Positions 26,355-36,698 of a DNA stretch of 64,000 bases are shown here, piece by piece (position 1 is the stretch's first letter; every line of letters starts with the position of its first letter). The notes under the pieces are model-generated. The model made no database searches and was not told the origin of the DNA. It worked only from the letters and a program-made list of their open reading frames with translations. The position numbers were made by a program, and so were the translations under genes. This DNA comes from Acidobacteriota bacterium (lineage in GTDB: Bacteria > Acidobacteriota > UBA890 > WLXD01), in the NCBI GenBank assembly GCA_965248695.1, contig CBDFKD010000002.1, forward strand, positions 1,120,001 through 1,184,000, read 5' to 3'.

Positions 26355-28427
26355 ATGATGCTCGCAACACGCTGGATCGTCTCACTGACCCTGGCCTCTA
26401 CCATCAGCGCTCCGCTGGCGCATGGTCAGCAGCCGCTGCCGGCGTCTATCGACGTGGCTCCCGCCGAGCTCGATCTTGAAGTGGGAGACAGCGTGCAGCT
26501 CGACGTGGTGGTGCGCGACGCGTCCGGCGACCGCATCGCGGACGCGCCGGTCATCTACCTCCCGGTACGGGGCCCGTTCTGGAACCATGATTTGCGCACC
26601 TGGGGGTTCAATCTGTTCAAGGTGTCTCCCGATGGGTTGGTGTCGGCCTCCAAACCCGGCGAGTACGCTGTGCTTCTGCGTGTGCCAACCGGCGACGACA
26701 AGTTCATCGAGCGTGAGATTCCCCTGCACATCGCCAAGCCCTCGGTGACCGAGGTGGAGTTCGTGGATCCACCGACGCGGTTCATCACTGGCACCACCGT
26801 GCGGCTGAGAACGCGCTTCCGGGATCCTACGGGCGCTCTTCGCGATGATGTCTTGGGCGGCTTTCGCAGCAGTGATAGTTCCGTGGCGGTGGTCGATGAG
26901 CTCGGCAACCTGAGATTGCTGTCGCCAGGTCACGCCACCATCACGGCGATGGCTGATGACGCCTCGGCAGCACTTGAAGTTCGCGTCGAGGAGAGCTCCT
27001 CGCGGCGGCTCACTCTGGAGATCGATACCACCGGCACCGGCGCCGGTGGCATCGTGCGTACCGGCGACGTCGTGCGATTCCGGGCCCAGGTGCTCGATGA
27101 GCACGACCGGGTGGTCGAAGGAGCGCCGGTCACCTTCAGCTTCAACGCCCGGGTCGACCCGTACCAGTCCGGTGGGCCGAGCACCGGACTGGTGTCGGAC
27201 GACGGCCGGTTCGTCGCCGACCTGCCCGGCGAATACACCCTGATCGCGACCAGCGGCAGCCTCAGCGCGCAGCGAGTCATCGCGGTGTCGGAGCGCGAGG
27301 CACGGCGGCAGATCGAGCTCGTAGGCCACGGTCGCGTCAGGGACTCCGCGACCACTGATCTGTGGGTCTGGGAGGGCACCGACGGTGACTATGCGATCAC
27401 CGGCACTCACGGCGGCGGCGGGCTGGCGCTGGTGTGGGACGTGACCGACCCCGCCGAGATGGAGATCATCGATACCGTCAAGGTCGACGCCCGCAACGTC
27501 AACGATCTCAAGGTGTCCGCCGACGGCAAGATTGCCGTGATCAGTCGCGAGGGGGCTTCCACCCGGCGCAACGGGATTGTTGTTCTCGACGTTTCATCAC
27601 CCCGCCAGGGGGTCGAGATTCTCTCCAGCTACGACGATGAGCTGACCGGGGGTGTTCACAACCTCTTCGTGTACGAGGATCACGTCTACGCGCTGTCGGC
27701 CGGCCAGCGCTACGACATCATCAGCATCGAGGACCCCACCGCGCCGCATCGCGTCGGTCGCTTCGAGCTTCCCAACCCCGATCGCTCCATCCACGACGTC
27801 TGGGTACAGGACGGCATCGCCTACTCGTCGAACTGGAACGACGGCGTGGTGATGGTCGATGTCGGCGGTGGCGGGCGTGGCGGCTCGCCGCGATCACCGG
27901 TGATGATCGGCAAGTCGACGTTCCGCACCGGATGGAATCACGCGGTGTTTCCGTATCGCTCGACCAGCGGCAAGCACTACATATTCGCCGGCGACGAAGC
28001 GGCGCGCTCGGGGCGCTTCTCGCCGGAGCCGGAGCGCGGTGCCGGCACGCCCGGTTACGACGGCGAGCCCAATCGCTGGCGCGGCTGGGTGCACATCCTG
28101 GAGTGGGAGCCTGGCTCGGACGAGGAGCCCGAGCTGGTGGCGCGCTATGAGGTGCCCGAGGCGGGGAGCCACAATATCTGGGTCGAAAACGATGTGATGT
28201 ACGTAGCGTTTTACAACGGTGGTCTACGCGTCGTCGATGTGTCTGGTGAGCTGCGCGGCGATCTGTATCGACAGGGCCGTGAGATGGCTCGTTTTCTTCC
28301 CTACGACCCGGAGGGGTTCCTGCCCAACGCGCCGCAAGTCTGGGGGGCGCAGCCGTTCAAGGGCAACATCTTCTTTTCCGACTACAACTCCGGCCTGTGG
28401 GCGGTACGGCTGAGCGAGCAGGAGTAG
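26355..28427 (+). CDS. Secreted Ig-like domain + LVIVD-repeat protein
   Basis: Signal peptide, SSDSSVAVVD Ig-like motif, LVWDVTDP, VHN, IHDVW, SHNIW, GLRVVDVS. Confidence 0.8.
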   Translation: MMLATRWIVSLTLASTISAPLAHGQQPLPASIDVAPAELDLEVGDSVQLDVVVRDASGDRIADAPVIYLPVRGPFWNHDLRTWGFNLFKVSPDGLVSASKPGEYAVLLRVPTGDDKFIEREIPLHIAKPSVTEVEFVDPPTRFITGTTVRLRTRFRDPTGALRDDVLGGFRSSDSSVAVVDELGNLRLLSPGHATITAMADDASAALEVRVEESSSRRLTLEIDTTGTGAGGIVRTGDVVRFRAQVLDEHDRVVEGAPVTFSFNARVDPYQSGGPSTGLVSDDGRFVADLPGEYTLIATSGSLSAQRVIAVSEREARRQIELVGHGRVRDSATTDLWVWEGTDGDYAITGTHGGGGLALVWDVTDPAEMEIIDTVKVDARNVNDLKVSADGKIAVISREGASTRRNGIVVLDVSSPRQGVEILSSYDDELTGGVHNLFVYEDHVYALSAGQRYDIISIEDPTAPHRVGRFELPNPDRSIHDVWVQDGIAYSSNWNDGVVMVDVGGGGRGGSPRSPVMIGKSTFRTGWNHAVFPYRSTSGKHYIFAGDEAARSGRFSPEPERGAGTPGYDGEPNRWRGWVHILEWEPGSDEEPELVARYEVPEAGSHNIWVENDVMYVAFYNGGLRVVDVSGELRGDLYRQGREMARFLPYDPEGFLPNAPQVWGAQPFKGNIFFSDYNSGLWAVRLSEQE

Positions 28428-28440
28428 GTCGGGCCTAGGC

Positions 28441-29463
28441 TCAGTAGCCGAAGACCACCATGTGTTCGCCACGCTGTTCGATCAGCGACTCGAAGTGCTC
28501 CACCAGCCGGTCGCGCCGCTCGACCAGCGCGCTGAGCTCACTGTCGCTCAGATACTCCCCCAGGGCGGCGCGAAGCGTATCCGGCTCCAAGCCCCCCAGG
28601 TTGTTCCAGAAGGTCCGCTCGATCGCCTGCAACGGTGCCTCGTCGAGTCGCGTCGATACCTGGAACGCGCGCGAGTGGTCAGTGAGCCAAACGCGCCAGG
28701 TCGTGTCGTAGAGCAAGTTGCTTCGATTGCGGTCGCCGTTGGCGATCAGGGCATCGAACGTGTTCATCGTCGCGAGCTGTTTGTTCCAGCGCTGTGACGA
28801 CGGGTCGTCGAGATCGCGCGATGCTCGATCCGACTCGTTGAACGACCCGCCCATGGCGATCTGCAGGCTCCCCTCGACCGCGCCAATCTGACGCCTTATT
28901 GCTGGCGGAACCTGATGCAGTCCGAGCAGCACGCTGAGCTCGTACGCGGCGCACTCGAACAAGCCGCTGTCGCGAAAGTGAACCTCTGTGCTCCCGTCGG
29001 CGAACCTCGCCACGCCCAGCCGGTCCTCGATGCTGCGGAACACTGCCTCGAGCTCCACACCATCTTGTCGCAGGCGGATGAGGTAGGTTCCGCGTCCGAA
29101 TTCGGAGGTGTCGTCAAATGCGATCGGACGTCCGCCCTCATCGTAGCGACTTTGCGAGACGATCTCGGCCGAGCGCAGGAACTCCAGCACGTCGCCTTCG
29201 GTGTCGAGTGGCAGTGGCGTGCCTGCGGCATCGGTGAACAGACGCGGGGGGAGCTGAGGCGCTGGCAAGGAGGAGGCAGCCGCGATCGGCCGCGACGCCA
29301 TGGGGAGCAGCGGGTCGTTGGCGACGGCGCGGGCGATGAGCTGCGGAGCCATGGTCGCCGTCAGGATGGCCAGCGAAAGGGTGCCGGTCCGCCTGAACGG
29401 AAAGTACGGGCCGTGCGAGGGGGAGCTCGACTTGATCAGTTCTGCAGATGCTCGCTCCACCAT
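28441..29463 (-). CDS. Hypothetical protein with atypical kinase-like (PI3/4-kinase/HipA-like) motifs
   Basis: ECAAYELS..LGL..VPP, FDALIANGDRNRSNLL, LTDHSRAF; start uncertain. Confidence 0.6.
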   Translation of the reverse strand: MVERASAELIKSSSPSHGPYFPFRRTGTLSLAILTATMAPQLIARAVANDPLLPMASRPIAAASSLPAPQLPPRLFTDAAGTPLPLDTEGDVLEFLRSAEIVSQSRYDEGGRPIAFDDTSEFGRGTYLIRLRQDGVELEAVFRSIEDRLGVARFADGSTEVHFRDSGLFECAAYELSVLLGLHQVPPAIRRQIGAVEGSLQIAMGGSFNESDRASRDLDDPSSQRWNKQLATMNTFDALIANGDRNRSNLLYDTTWRVWLTDHSRAFQVSTRLDEAPLQAIERTFWNNLGGLEPDTLRAALGEYLSDSELSALVERRDRLVEHFESLIEQRGEHMVVFGY

Positions 29464-31544
29464 TTCAGCTCCTCGGAATACCGGTGCACCATGTCCCACG
29501 GCCGCCAGCCGCCATGGTACGAGTCGGGGTAGCGGACCATGCGGGCGGGTACCTGCTGCTTGCGCAGCGCGGTGTACATCTGCTCGCCCTGTTCGATCGG
29601 TACGCGGTAGTCGCTCTCGCCGTGAATGATCATTGTCGGTGTCGAGATGCCGTCGGCGTGCTTGATCGGTGATTGCTCCCACAGTATCTCGCTGCTGCGC
29701 TCCTTCCAGGGCGGTCCGTAGAACTCCGTCTCCTTGGTGCGAGGAATGTCGGCGGTGCCGTAGTCGCTGATCCAGTTCGAGATTCCCGCGCCGGAGATCG
29801 CCGCCGCGAAGCGGTCGCTATGGGTGATGATCCAGTTGGTCAGAAATCCGCCGTACGAGTAGCCCGAAACACCCATCCGCTGTTCGTCGATAGCGAAGTT
29901 TGCAATCACATGGTCGACACCCGCCATGACGTCGTCGGTGTCGAGCTTGCCCCAGCCGCCCCACGTCGCCCAGAGGAAGTTCTCACCGTAGCCGCTAGAG
30001 CCGCGCGGGTTGGTGTAGAGCACCACGTAGCCGTCCTTCGCCCAGAGCTGAAACTCCAGCGAGTAGCGTTCGCCGAAGGCACCGTGCGGTCCGCCGTGGA
30101 TATTCAGGATCAGCGGGTAGGGGCCTCCGTCCGGCTTGTAGCCAGGTGGCAGGATGACCCAGCCTTCGATCGCGGTGCCGTCGGCGCTGGGATACGCGAT
30201 CGGCCGGGCGACACGCGGTGCGGTGGTCGAGATCAGCAACTCGTTGAATCGCGTCAGCTGGGTTTCGCCACCGTCCGGTGTAGTGACATACAGCTCGGGC
30301 GGCGACGTGCTCGTGGTCGCGGTATAGGCGAAGCTGCGCGGATCAGCCGCGAAGCTCAGGCCCGACAACCGGCGGCGTCCTTCGGTGAGCTGTCGCACGG
30401 CGCCACCGCCGATTGGCACCGAGAACAGGTGGCTTTGCCCGCCGATGCCGGCGCCGAAGCGGACCGTGCCGTCGGCACCGATTTCATGGGCGCCTGGCCG
30501 ATGGTCCCATGATGTGGTCAGGTTGCGCACCGCCCCGCTGGTAACATCGAGCGCATACAGGTCGGTCGGCGCGCCGTGGCCGCGCGCCGCCTCGATCACT
30601 GCGTCCAACCCTTCGGCACCGCGATAGATCACCGTGGATCCATCCGCGCTCCAGCGTGGCCGGTTGTTGACGAAGCCATCGTCGGTCAAGCGCTCGACAG
30701 TGCCGGCCATGTCGACGGTCCACAGGTCGTGTCGCCCGTAAGTGAACTCGTCTCGCTGATGCTCGTCGGCCGAGAAGACGAACCGAGCTTCGTGCGGATG
30801 CCAGGCGACATCAGTGACGTCGACGCCCATCCGCGTCAGTTGACGCGGCACGCCGCCGGCGCGCGGAACGACGTAGAGCTCGCGCGGTGGTGAGGCGAGC
30901 GGATCGGCAGGGTCGGCAAGGTAGCCGCGGCGGTCGAAACGGACCTGCATCCAATCGTAGATCAGCCCACGAAAACGGTCGCGCAGCTTCTGCTCGAACT
31001 CCGTAGCGCGCTCGTAGCTGTCGCGTCCCGAGCGTGTTCGCGCCGCCGCCTCGCCGGTTGGCGGGGTCGCCCGCGTGAAGGCAATCCACCGGCCATCGGG
31101 ACTGAATACAGGGCTGCCCTCGACGCCCTCGATCTGAAACGCCTCGCCGCCCTGCTGCATATCGAGGAACCAGATGCCGCCCGGAACTTCTTGCGTTGCC
31201 CCGCGTTGGGAGGTGAACGCGAGCAGTCGTCCATCAGGGCTCCAGACCGGGTCGCCGGCGTCGAACGCGGCACTGGCGAGGCGGCGAGGCGGCGTGACGT
31301 CGCGTGGATCGGCGAGCCAGAGCTCGCGCCGGCGCGTGTTCGCAGCCTCGAGCACATCCGTGCGCACGAAGGCCACGGCGCTACCATCGGGGGACATGAC
31401 CGGGCTGCCTACACCGACGAGCGCGTAGTAGTCGGTCAGGTGGAGGGCTCGAGTAGCAAACTGGGCGCGTCCATCGGCGCCGGTGAGTAGCACTGTGGCG
31501 ATTGCGCACGGGATCACGAGAGCGATTCGAGGCAGCCGGATCAT
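29436..31544 (-). CDS. S9 family peptidase
   Basis: Signal peptide, WSPDG repeats, IHGGPH, NPRGS.GYG, GYSYGG, GESDYRVP, SYHG. Confidence 0.92.
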   Translation of the reverse strand: MIRLPRIALVIPCAIATVLLTGADGRAQFATRALHLTDYYALVGVGSPVMSPDGSAVAFVRTDVLEAANTRRRELWLADPRDVTPPRRLASAAFDAGDPVWSPDGRLLAFTSQRGATQEVPGGIWFLDMQQGGEAFQIEGVEGSPVFSPDGRWIAFTRATPPTGEAAARTRSGRDSYERATEFEQKLRDRFRGLIYDWMQVRFDRRGYLADPADPLASPPRELYVVPRAGGVPRQLTRMGVDVTDVAWHPHEARFVFSADEHQRDEFTYGRHDLWTVDMAGTVERLTDDGFVNNRPRWSADGSTVIYRGAEGLDAVIEAARGHGAPTDLYALDVTSGAVRNLTTSWDHRPGAHEIGADGTVRFGAGIGGQSHLFSVPIGGGAVRQLTEGRRRLSGLSFAADPRSFAYTATTSTSPPELYVTTPDGGETQLTRFNELLISTTAPRVARPIAYPSADGTAIEGWVILPPGYKPDGGPYPLILNIHGGPHGAFGERYSLEFQLWAKDGYVVLYTNPRGSSGYGENFLWATWGGWGKLDTDDVMAGVDHVIANFAIDEQRMGVSGYSYGGFLTNWIITHSDRFAAAISGAGISNWISDYGTADIPRTKETEFYGPPWKERSSEILWEQSPIKHADGISTPTMIIHGESDYRVPIEQGEQMYTALRKQQVPARMVRYPDSYHGGWRPWDMVHRYSEELKWWSEHLQN

Positions 31545-31619
31545 GCGGAGCTCCGTTGGGTTCGCAGGCTCTCAACCGCCGCGATTATAGGCGAGCCGAC
31601 GCCATCAATCCCGGGGAAG

Positions 31620-32780
31620 TCAGGGGTTGATGCGGGAGAGCATGCCGCGCAGCATCGGGATGTAGAAGCCCCAATAGAAGGGCTCCTGATCGGCGCCGCG
31701 CGGGAACCAGAGCCCGACGATCCGTTGATTCAACCACGGCAGCCCCTCGGCCCAGTAGGGCCCGAGCGTACCGACAGAGTCCGAGAAGTCACCGGCAAAG
31801 TAGACGCGCAGGGGCGCCTCGGAATCGACCACCACGGCGGGAAACGCCGCCGGCACGCCGAACCGCTGGAGCGTGCTCCGGCCGGGGTCGTTCACGGCCA
31901 GGTTGAAGACTGCCGGTACGCTGGTGCCGGGCCGCGCCGAGACGATGTCGAACCAGTAGTTGAAGCGCATACCGTGGGTTACGTCGGCGGTGAGCTGTCC
32001 GCCGTCGCGTGGCCCGATCGTGAGGCCGGGCGCGTCGATCTCGAGTCCGATACGAAGAACGAACAGGCGGGTATCCTCGTGAACGAGGAGGTAGCCTGGC
32101 CCCTCGAACTCCCAGTCGACCCCGTAGTGTTCCTTCCAGTTCCTGTAGGCCCACGCCGGCACCTCGCGCTCTTCGGACAGGTCGGGAAAATACCGCCCGG
32201 TCCAGCCGGTCCAATCGAGACCGAGCAGATCCTGCAGGCGCGCGCGCGACGCGCCCGAGGTCGGTGAAGCGAAGGTGTTGAACTCGGCGACGATATGCCC
32301 ACCGCGGGCGCCGAAGCTCTCGACGGCGTCTACCTCGGCGTCTTTGAGTCCACCGTAGATCAGCGACGAGTAGTCGAGACCCGCCATGTTGGGGCGCTCG
32401 CTCTCGTAGTCGCCGCGATAGACACCGTAGCTGTCGGCGAGATAGAGCAGGTTGGCGTTGGTGAGATCGCCGGGCACGAGATCCCGGCCGGTGCCATGAC
32501 CCACGGCGTCATCGGGGTCCGGGCTGAAGCCGACGTAGTCGCTATCCAGACTCCATCCGCGGGAACCCGTAGGATGCGCCACCTTTTCGTGTCGCAGCAC
32601 CCAGAACAGCGCTGCGTGCTCTCGATAGTCGGTGTGTGGCACGGTCTTGTCGACCACCAGCACCCGCCATGGGGAGGGGTCTTTGAGATACCAGCGCACC
32701 GGGGACGCGACGCAGCTGAACACGGTCGCCAGCATCAGCCCGATTCCCAGCCAAAGGAAGATCCGACCCAGTACCTTCAT
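31620..32780 (-). CDS. Membrane-anchored conserved hypothetical protein
   Basis: RBS GGGGGA, N-terminal TM, VVDKTVP...YREH, LADSYGVY, EFNTFASPT, WTGWTGRYF, YFAGDFSD. Confidence 0.7.
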   Translation of the reverse strand: MKVLGRIFLWLGIGLMLATVFSCVASPVRWYLKDPSPWRVLVVDKTVPHTDYREHAALFWVLRHEKVAHPTGSRGWSLDSDYVGFSPDPDDAVGHGTGRDLVPGDLTNANLLYLADSYGVYRGDYESERPNMAGLDYSSLIYGGLKDAEVDAVESFGARGGHIVAEFNTFASPTSGASRARLQDLLGLDWTGWTGRYFPDLSEEREVPAWAYRNWKEHYGVDWEFEGPGYLLVHEDTRLFVLRIGLEIDAPGLTIGPRDGGQLTADVTHGMRFNYWFDIVSARPGTSVPAVFNLAVNDPGRSTLQRFGVPAAFPAVVVDSEAPLRVYFAGDFSDSVGTLGPYWAEGLPWLNQRIVGLWFPRGADQEPFYWGFYIPMLRGMLSRINP

Positions 32781-33451
32781 GAGGTCCCCCCCTCGATCAA
32801 CCGTAGTCGGACCGTAACCTCCGTTCCGTCTGCAGGCAACACGCCGGGGCGCACCGTGAAATGGGGTCCGCCAGCGACGAAGTCGCGCACCGTGTACCGT
32901 GCGTTGCCCACCTTGCTGCCGGGGCACGAGTACAGACAAACGACACAGCCCGAGTGCCAGGCATCGATGTTGGTGCGATGGCCGCCGAAGCGCATGTCGA
33001 AGCCGCGCGCTCCAGCGTCGACGAGGATGTCGGCGAGCGCCAACGGAGATTCCGTGCCCGGCAACAGGAACTCCAGCTCGACCTGCGGACCCTCGATCAT
33101 CTGATCAGGCGCTTGCGTGTCGTTGTCGTACCGTTGCTCCCAGGAATCGATCGCCAGCGCATTGCCCGGCAAGGCGCCGAGCGACTCGAGCGCATCGATC
33201 ACCTGAACATCCGTGACGCTGGCGAGAAATAGCGCGTGGTCGATAGCACCGCCGCCGCGCCACACAATCAGGTGGTAGCCGGCCATGTCGCCTTGGCCGA
33301 AGGCAGTCGATTGGACGGTGGCGGGAAACGCGATTGCACTGCTGCTGACGATGTCGACGGTGCCGCCCGGTTCCGGTGCACACGAGGTTGCGCCTAGGGT
33401 CAGTGCAAGCACGGCAACCGTCAGCCAGCTGTGGTGGGGGCGTAGTCTCAA
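32777..33451 (-). CDS. YdjY-like Cys-cluster lipoprotein
   Basis: Lipobox-like GATSC; SGCVVCLYSCPGSKVGN motif; TTG start estimated. Confidence 0.65.
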   Translation of the reverse strand: MRLRPHHSWLTVAVLALTLGATSCAPEPGGTVDIVSSSAIAFPATVQSTAFGQGDMAGYHLIVWRGGGAIDHALFLASVTDVQVIDALESLGALPGNALAIDSWEQRYDNDTQAPDQMIEGPQVELEFLLPGTESPLALADILVDAGARGFDMRFGGHRTNIDAWHSGCVVCLYSCPGSKVGNARYTVRDFVAGGPHFTVRPGVLPADGTEVTVRLRLIEGGTS

Positions 33452-33509
33452 GACAGTCTTCTCTCGTGGCAGGCGTTCCGTCCAGGTCAATACTAGGCTG
33501 TCGGAAGCG

Positions 33510-33941
33510 ATGTTCGAATCACTGTTCTTGGAATCGGCGTTTGTCGTCCTGGTACTGGCCGGCCTGACGATCGCCACGTACTTCACGGCCGTGAGGTACC
33601 ACTGGATGCGACCGGATCCCGGTTGGATCCCGCCGGTGTGTCGACTCGACGAGGGCACCTGCGAGGCGGTGGTGTTCACTCCGCAGGCAAGGGTGTTCGG
33701 GGTGCCCAACTCGTTGCTGGGACAGGCCTATTATCTGGCCTTGCTGGTGGGTGTGTTGCGAGGTGTTGCCCTGCAGCCGCCGTGGGTGTTCGGCTATCTG
33801 GCGCTGGCGGCTACGACGGTGGCGCTGGCAGCGTACCTGTCGTACGCGCTCATCTACGTGCTTCGCGTGCGCTGCACGCTGTGTTTTGCCAGTCACGCGA
33901 TCAACTTCATTCTCTTCCTGCTGTTGGCCTCCAGCCTGTAG
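33510..33941 (+). CDS. Vitamin K epoxide reductase (VKOR) family protein
   Basis: CRLDEGTC loop, ARVFGVPNSLLG, CTLC active site, about four TM. Confidence 0.85.
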   Translation: MFESLFLESAFVVLVLAGLTIATYFTAVRYHWMRPDPGWIPPVCRLDEGTCEAVVFTPQARVFGVPNSLLGQAYYLALLVGVLRGVALQPPWVFGYLALAATTVALAAYLSYALIYVLRVRCTLCFASHAINFILFLLLASSL

Positions 33942-34919
33942 CTACTGCACCAGCAGATCTGCCAGTGCGAGCGACACCAGACCGACGGTCACCCCCGCCA
34001 GCAGGTCGACCACGTAGTGGTAGCGTCCGTACACCGTGCTCACGAACATCAACCCGCCGATCACGATACCGACGATCGCGCCGGTCTCGCCCCAGACTCG
34101 CCAGCACCAGACCATGAAGACGACGCAAGTCGAGCTGTGAGCGCTCGGCATTGCTCCTCCCTTGTGCGCCGTCGAGCTCCACATCACGCGGTTCGTCCAA
34201 TCGCTAATCAGGTAGCCGGTCAGTCGCCGCTCGGTCTCGGGTAGCAGTCCCTCCGAGACCAGGGCCCACCGCGGGCCCCAGAGCGGAACCCACGGGTACG
34301 CCGAGTAGCTGATCGCGTATCCCAGGCACACGGCTAGCGCCATCGCCTCGAAGCGGCGATAGTCCCCGGCAGCGTAGAGCGCGATGCCGAGCACTGGCGT
34401 GTAGAGCAGGTAAAGCCAGTAGGAGATGTTCATGAGCTCGGTCATCCATGGGGGTCGACCGCGCGCCAGCCAGACGCTGGGGTTGCCGAGCCAGCGCTGC
34501 TCGATGTCGATCAGCGGACGATCGTAGGAGAACTCTGGTGCGTGGAACAGGTGCAGCGTGTGTCCTGCCCATGTGTAGGCCCACCAGAAGTAGAGGATTG
34601 GAAACCACAGGCGCGCGAACAAGAGCACAGCCGAGCCCGGCGCATCTCCCTGTCCGGCCGTTGCCAACCCGAAGAACCCGATGGCGACCATCAGGTTGAC
34701 GATGTGGATGCGTCCGCGGTTGGCGGCCGGCCTGCGAGCGAGCAGGTGGTGCAGGGAGTTCACCGCCGCGAACGGAATCGTCAGCAAGCAAAGAAGGGTG
34801 CCGATCTGCAAGACAGGAAGCTCCGCGAGACAGGCTCGAACCGGGCGCGAGCGCGCCGCCGATTCTAGTCGCTGTGCGCCGACGGGGTGCCCGGTCAGCT
34901 CGACGGATATGCGTAACAA
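33942..34919 (-). CDS. PAP2-family phosphoesterase (membrane)
   Basis: GPR, AMPSAHS, STVYGRYHYVVD. Confidence 0.85.
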   Translation of the reverse strand: MLRISVELTGHPVGAQRLESAARSRPVRACLAELPVLQIGTLLCLLTIPFAAVNSLHHLLARRPAANRGRIHIVNLMVAIGFFGLATAGQGDAPGSAVLLFARLWFPILYFWWAYTWAGHTLHLFHAPEFSYDRPLIDIEQRWLGNPSVWLARGRPPWMTELMNISYWLYLLYTPVLGIALYAAGDYRRFEAMALAVCLGYAISYSAYPWVPLWGPRWALVSEGLLPETERRLTGYLISDWTNRVMWSSTAHKGGAMPSAHSSTCVVFMVWCWRVWGETGAIVGIVIGGLMFVSTVYGRYHYVVDLLAGVTVGLVSLALADLLVQ

Positions 34920-35087
34920 GACCCACGAAAGAGCTGTGCCGGACGAAGCGTCACCATGGGAGACAGCGTATGTGCCTGGACAGCGCTCTGCGGTCTTACT
35001 AACCTGAGTGGGAGATACGGGGCGTTCGATACCATTTGCTGCGCGGGCCCGGGGGCGGCTGGCGTGGCGCGACAGATCGGGGTGGGA

Positions 35088-35933
35088 ATGCTCGACTCGC
35101 GGCGGAATTGTGCGGCGGCGCTCTGTCTCCTTGGCATGCTGGTGATTAGCGGGCCGGCCCTGGCGCAGGATCTCAGCGTCGCTGCGCCGAGTAAGGCCTG
35201 GACGAACGAAGCACAGCTAGCGTTCGTCAACGCGTCGGGAAACAGCTCTGGAACGACGCTGGCGGTAACCGATCGGTTCACCTTCAACGGCGACTTTTCT
35301 GAGCTCATCATCTTCGGTGAGATCTATCGCGCCACCTCGACCCAGCGTGCGCTGACGAACCGACCGAACGGAACGGTACGGGAAACGCTCACCAGCGAGA
35401 CAATTGCCCAGCGCTACGAGTTCGGTGTGAAGTACCGCCAGAATTTCATGGGCAACATCTTCTGGTACCTCGGCGGTGATTGGTTTCGGGACCGCGCTGC
35501 CGGCATTGAAAACCGGGTTACCGGCCACGGCGGACTCGGACTTCGGTTCGTCGAGAACACCGGCGCGACCGTCGTCGGCGAGGCCGGCATAGCAATGGCA
35601 CGTGAGACCGAGGTTTCGGCTCCGCAAGACACCTACGTCGCCGGGCGGCTTGGTCTCGACGTCAAGTTGGGGCTCTCCTCCACCGCTGACCTCACGATCG
35701 GCGGCGAGTTCCTCGCTAATCTGCAGGAAACCTCCGACTACCGGTTCAACGGCCGCGCGGCGATTACGGCACACATGAGTCAGCTGTTCGCGCTGCGCTT
35801 CAGTGGCATCCTGCGCACCGACAATGTGCCGCCGATTCTGCTGGTCGATACCAATCCCGCCAATCCGCCGGCGCCGTTCATCGTCGGGCGCAGCGACCGG
35901 TTGATCATCGGCTCGGTAGTGATGACGTTCTAG
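35088..35933 (+). CDS. DUF481 (YdiY-like) outer membrane beta-barrel
   Basis: Signal peptide, ASGNS, RDRAAGI..R, C-terminal Phe. Confidence 0.75.
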   Translation: MLDSRRNCAAALCLLGMLVISGPALAQDLSVAAPSKAWTNEAQLAFVNASGNSSGTTLAVTDRFTFNGDFSELIIFGEIYRATSTQRALTNRPNGTVRETLTSETIAQRYEFGVKYRQNFMGNIFWYLGGDWFRDRAAGIENRVTGHGGLGLRFVENTGATVVGEAGIAMARETEVSAPQDTYVAGRLGLDVKLGLSSTADLTIGGEFLANLQETSDYRFNGRAAITAHMSQLFALRFSGILRTDNVPPILLVDTNPANPPAPFIVGRSDRLIIGSVVMTF

Positions 35934-36086
35934 TGGCCTGTAACAGATGAACGTTTGATCCGCAGGTCTTGGTCGTCGTGGGAGGGCCGCCGATTAGGGT
36001 CGACCACACCGGCGGCATACAATATTGCCGAGTCGGGCCGCCGCCCGGTGATCGCCCCCAACCCCGTACCGTGGCGAGGAAACCGC

Positions 36087-36695
36087 ATGTCCGAATGTTC
36101 TTCCTGCGTCCGTCGATTGCTTCTGATGCTGGTTGCTCTGGTGGCGATCGGTTGCGGGCCGAGGGAGCTGGGCACCCCGACCGCTGATGAGATCGAGGTG
36201 CTACTGGACAGCACGTTCCCGCGCGCGGCCGGACAGGTTGAGGTGCGCGACATCGAGAGAACCGAGGGCCACGTCCGCGCACGTGCCGATTACGCCGGCT
36301 CCGATGTCACGCTGTTCCTGGTGGCCGGGGAATCGACCTGGATCGTCGACGGTGCCGAGATGGGGAGCAATACTTACACCACCGAACAACTGCACTCGAT
36401 CGGCGATTCGTTGGCACTGATGCAGGAGGTCTCCGACGCGCTGGCGGTATTCCGCGCCGAAACCGGAGCGTATCCTCGGCTCGAGGATCTGGTGGGCTTG
36501 GGCGATCTCGTGCCAGATTACTACTCTCCACCGGAGACCGGCTTCGTCGACGGCTGGGGAAACGGCCTGCGCTACAGGACGCAAGCCGACGAGTACACCC
36601 TGACCTCGGACGGGCCCGACGGGCGCGGCGGCACTACCGATGATCTGTTCCTCATCACCGGTCCTGGCGAGGAAGCGGCGAGCCCGACGCAGTAG
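36087..36695 (+). CDS. Lipoprotein with GspG-like (T2SS protein G C-terminal) domain
   Basis: Lipobox VAIGC; ETGAYP, DGWGNGLRY, SDGPDGRGGTTDDL. Confidence 0.7.
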   Translation: MSECSSCVRRLLLMLVALVAIGCGPRELGTPTADEIEVLLDSTFPRAAGQVEVRDIERTEGHVRARADYAGSDVTLFLVAGESTWIVDGAEMGSNTYTTEQLHSIGDSLALMQEVSDALAVFRAETGAYPRLEDLVGLGDLVPDYYSPPETGFVDGWGNGLRYRTQADEYTLTSDGPDGRGGTTDDLFLITGPGEEAASPTQ

Positions 36696-36698
36696 TCG

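Noticed and set aside
36087-36695. Type II secretion gene cluster
   Set aside because: Only an isolated GspG-like domain on a lipoprotein; no prepilin N-methylation motif and no other gsp genes.
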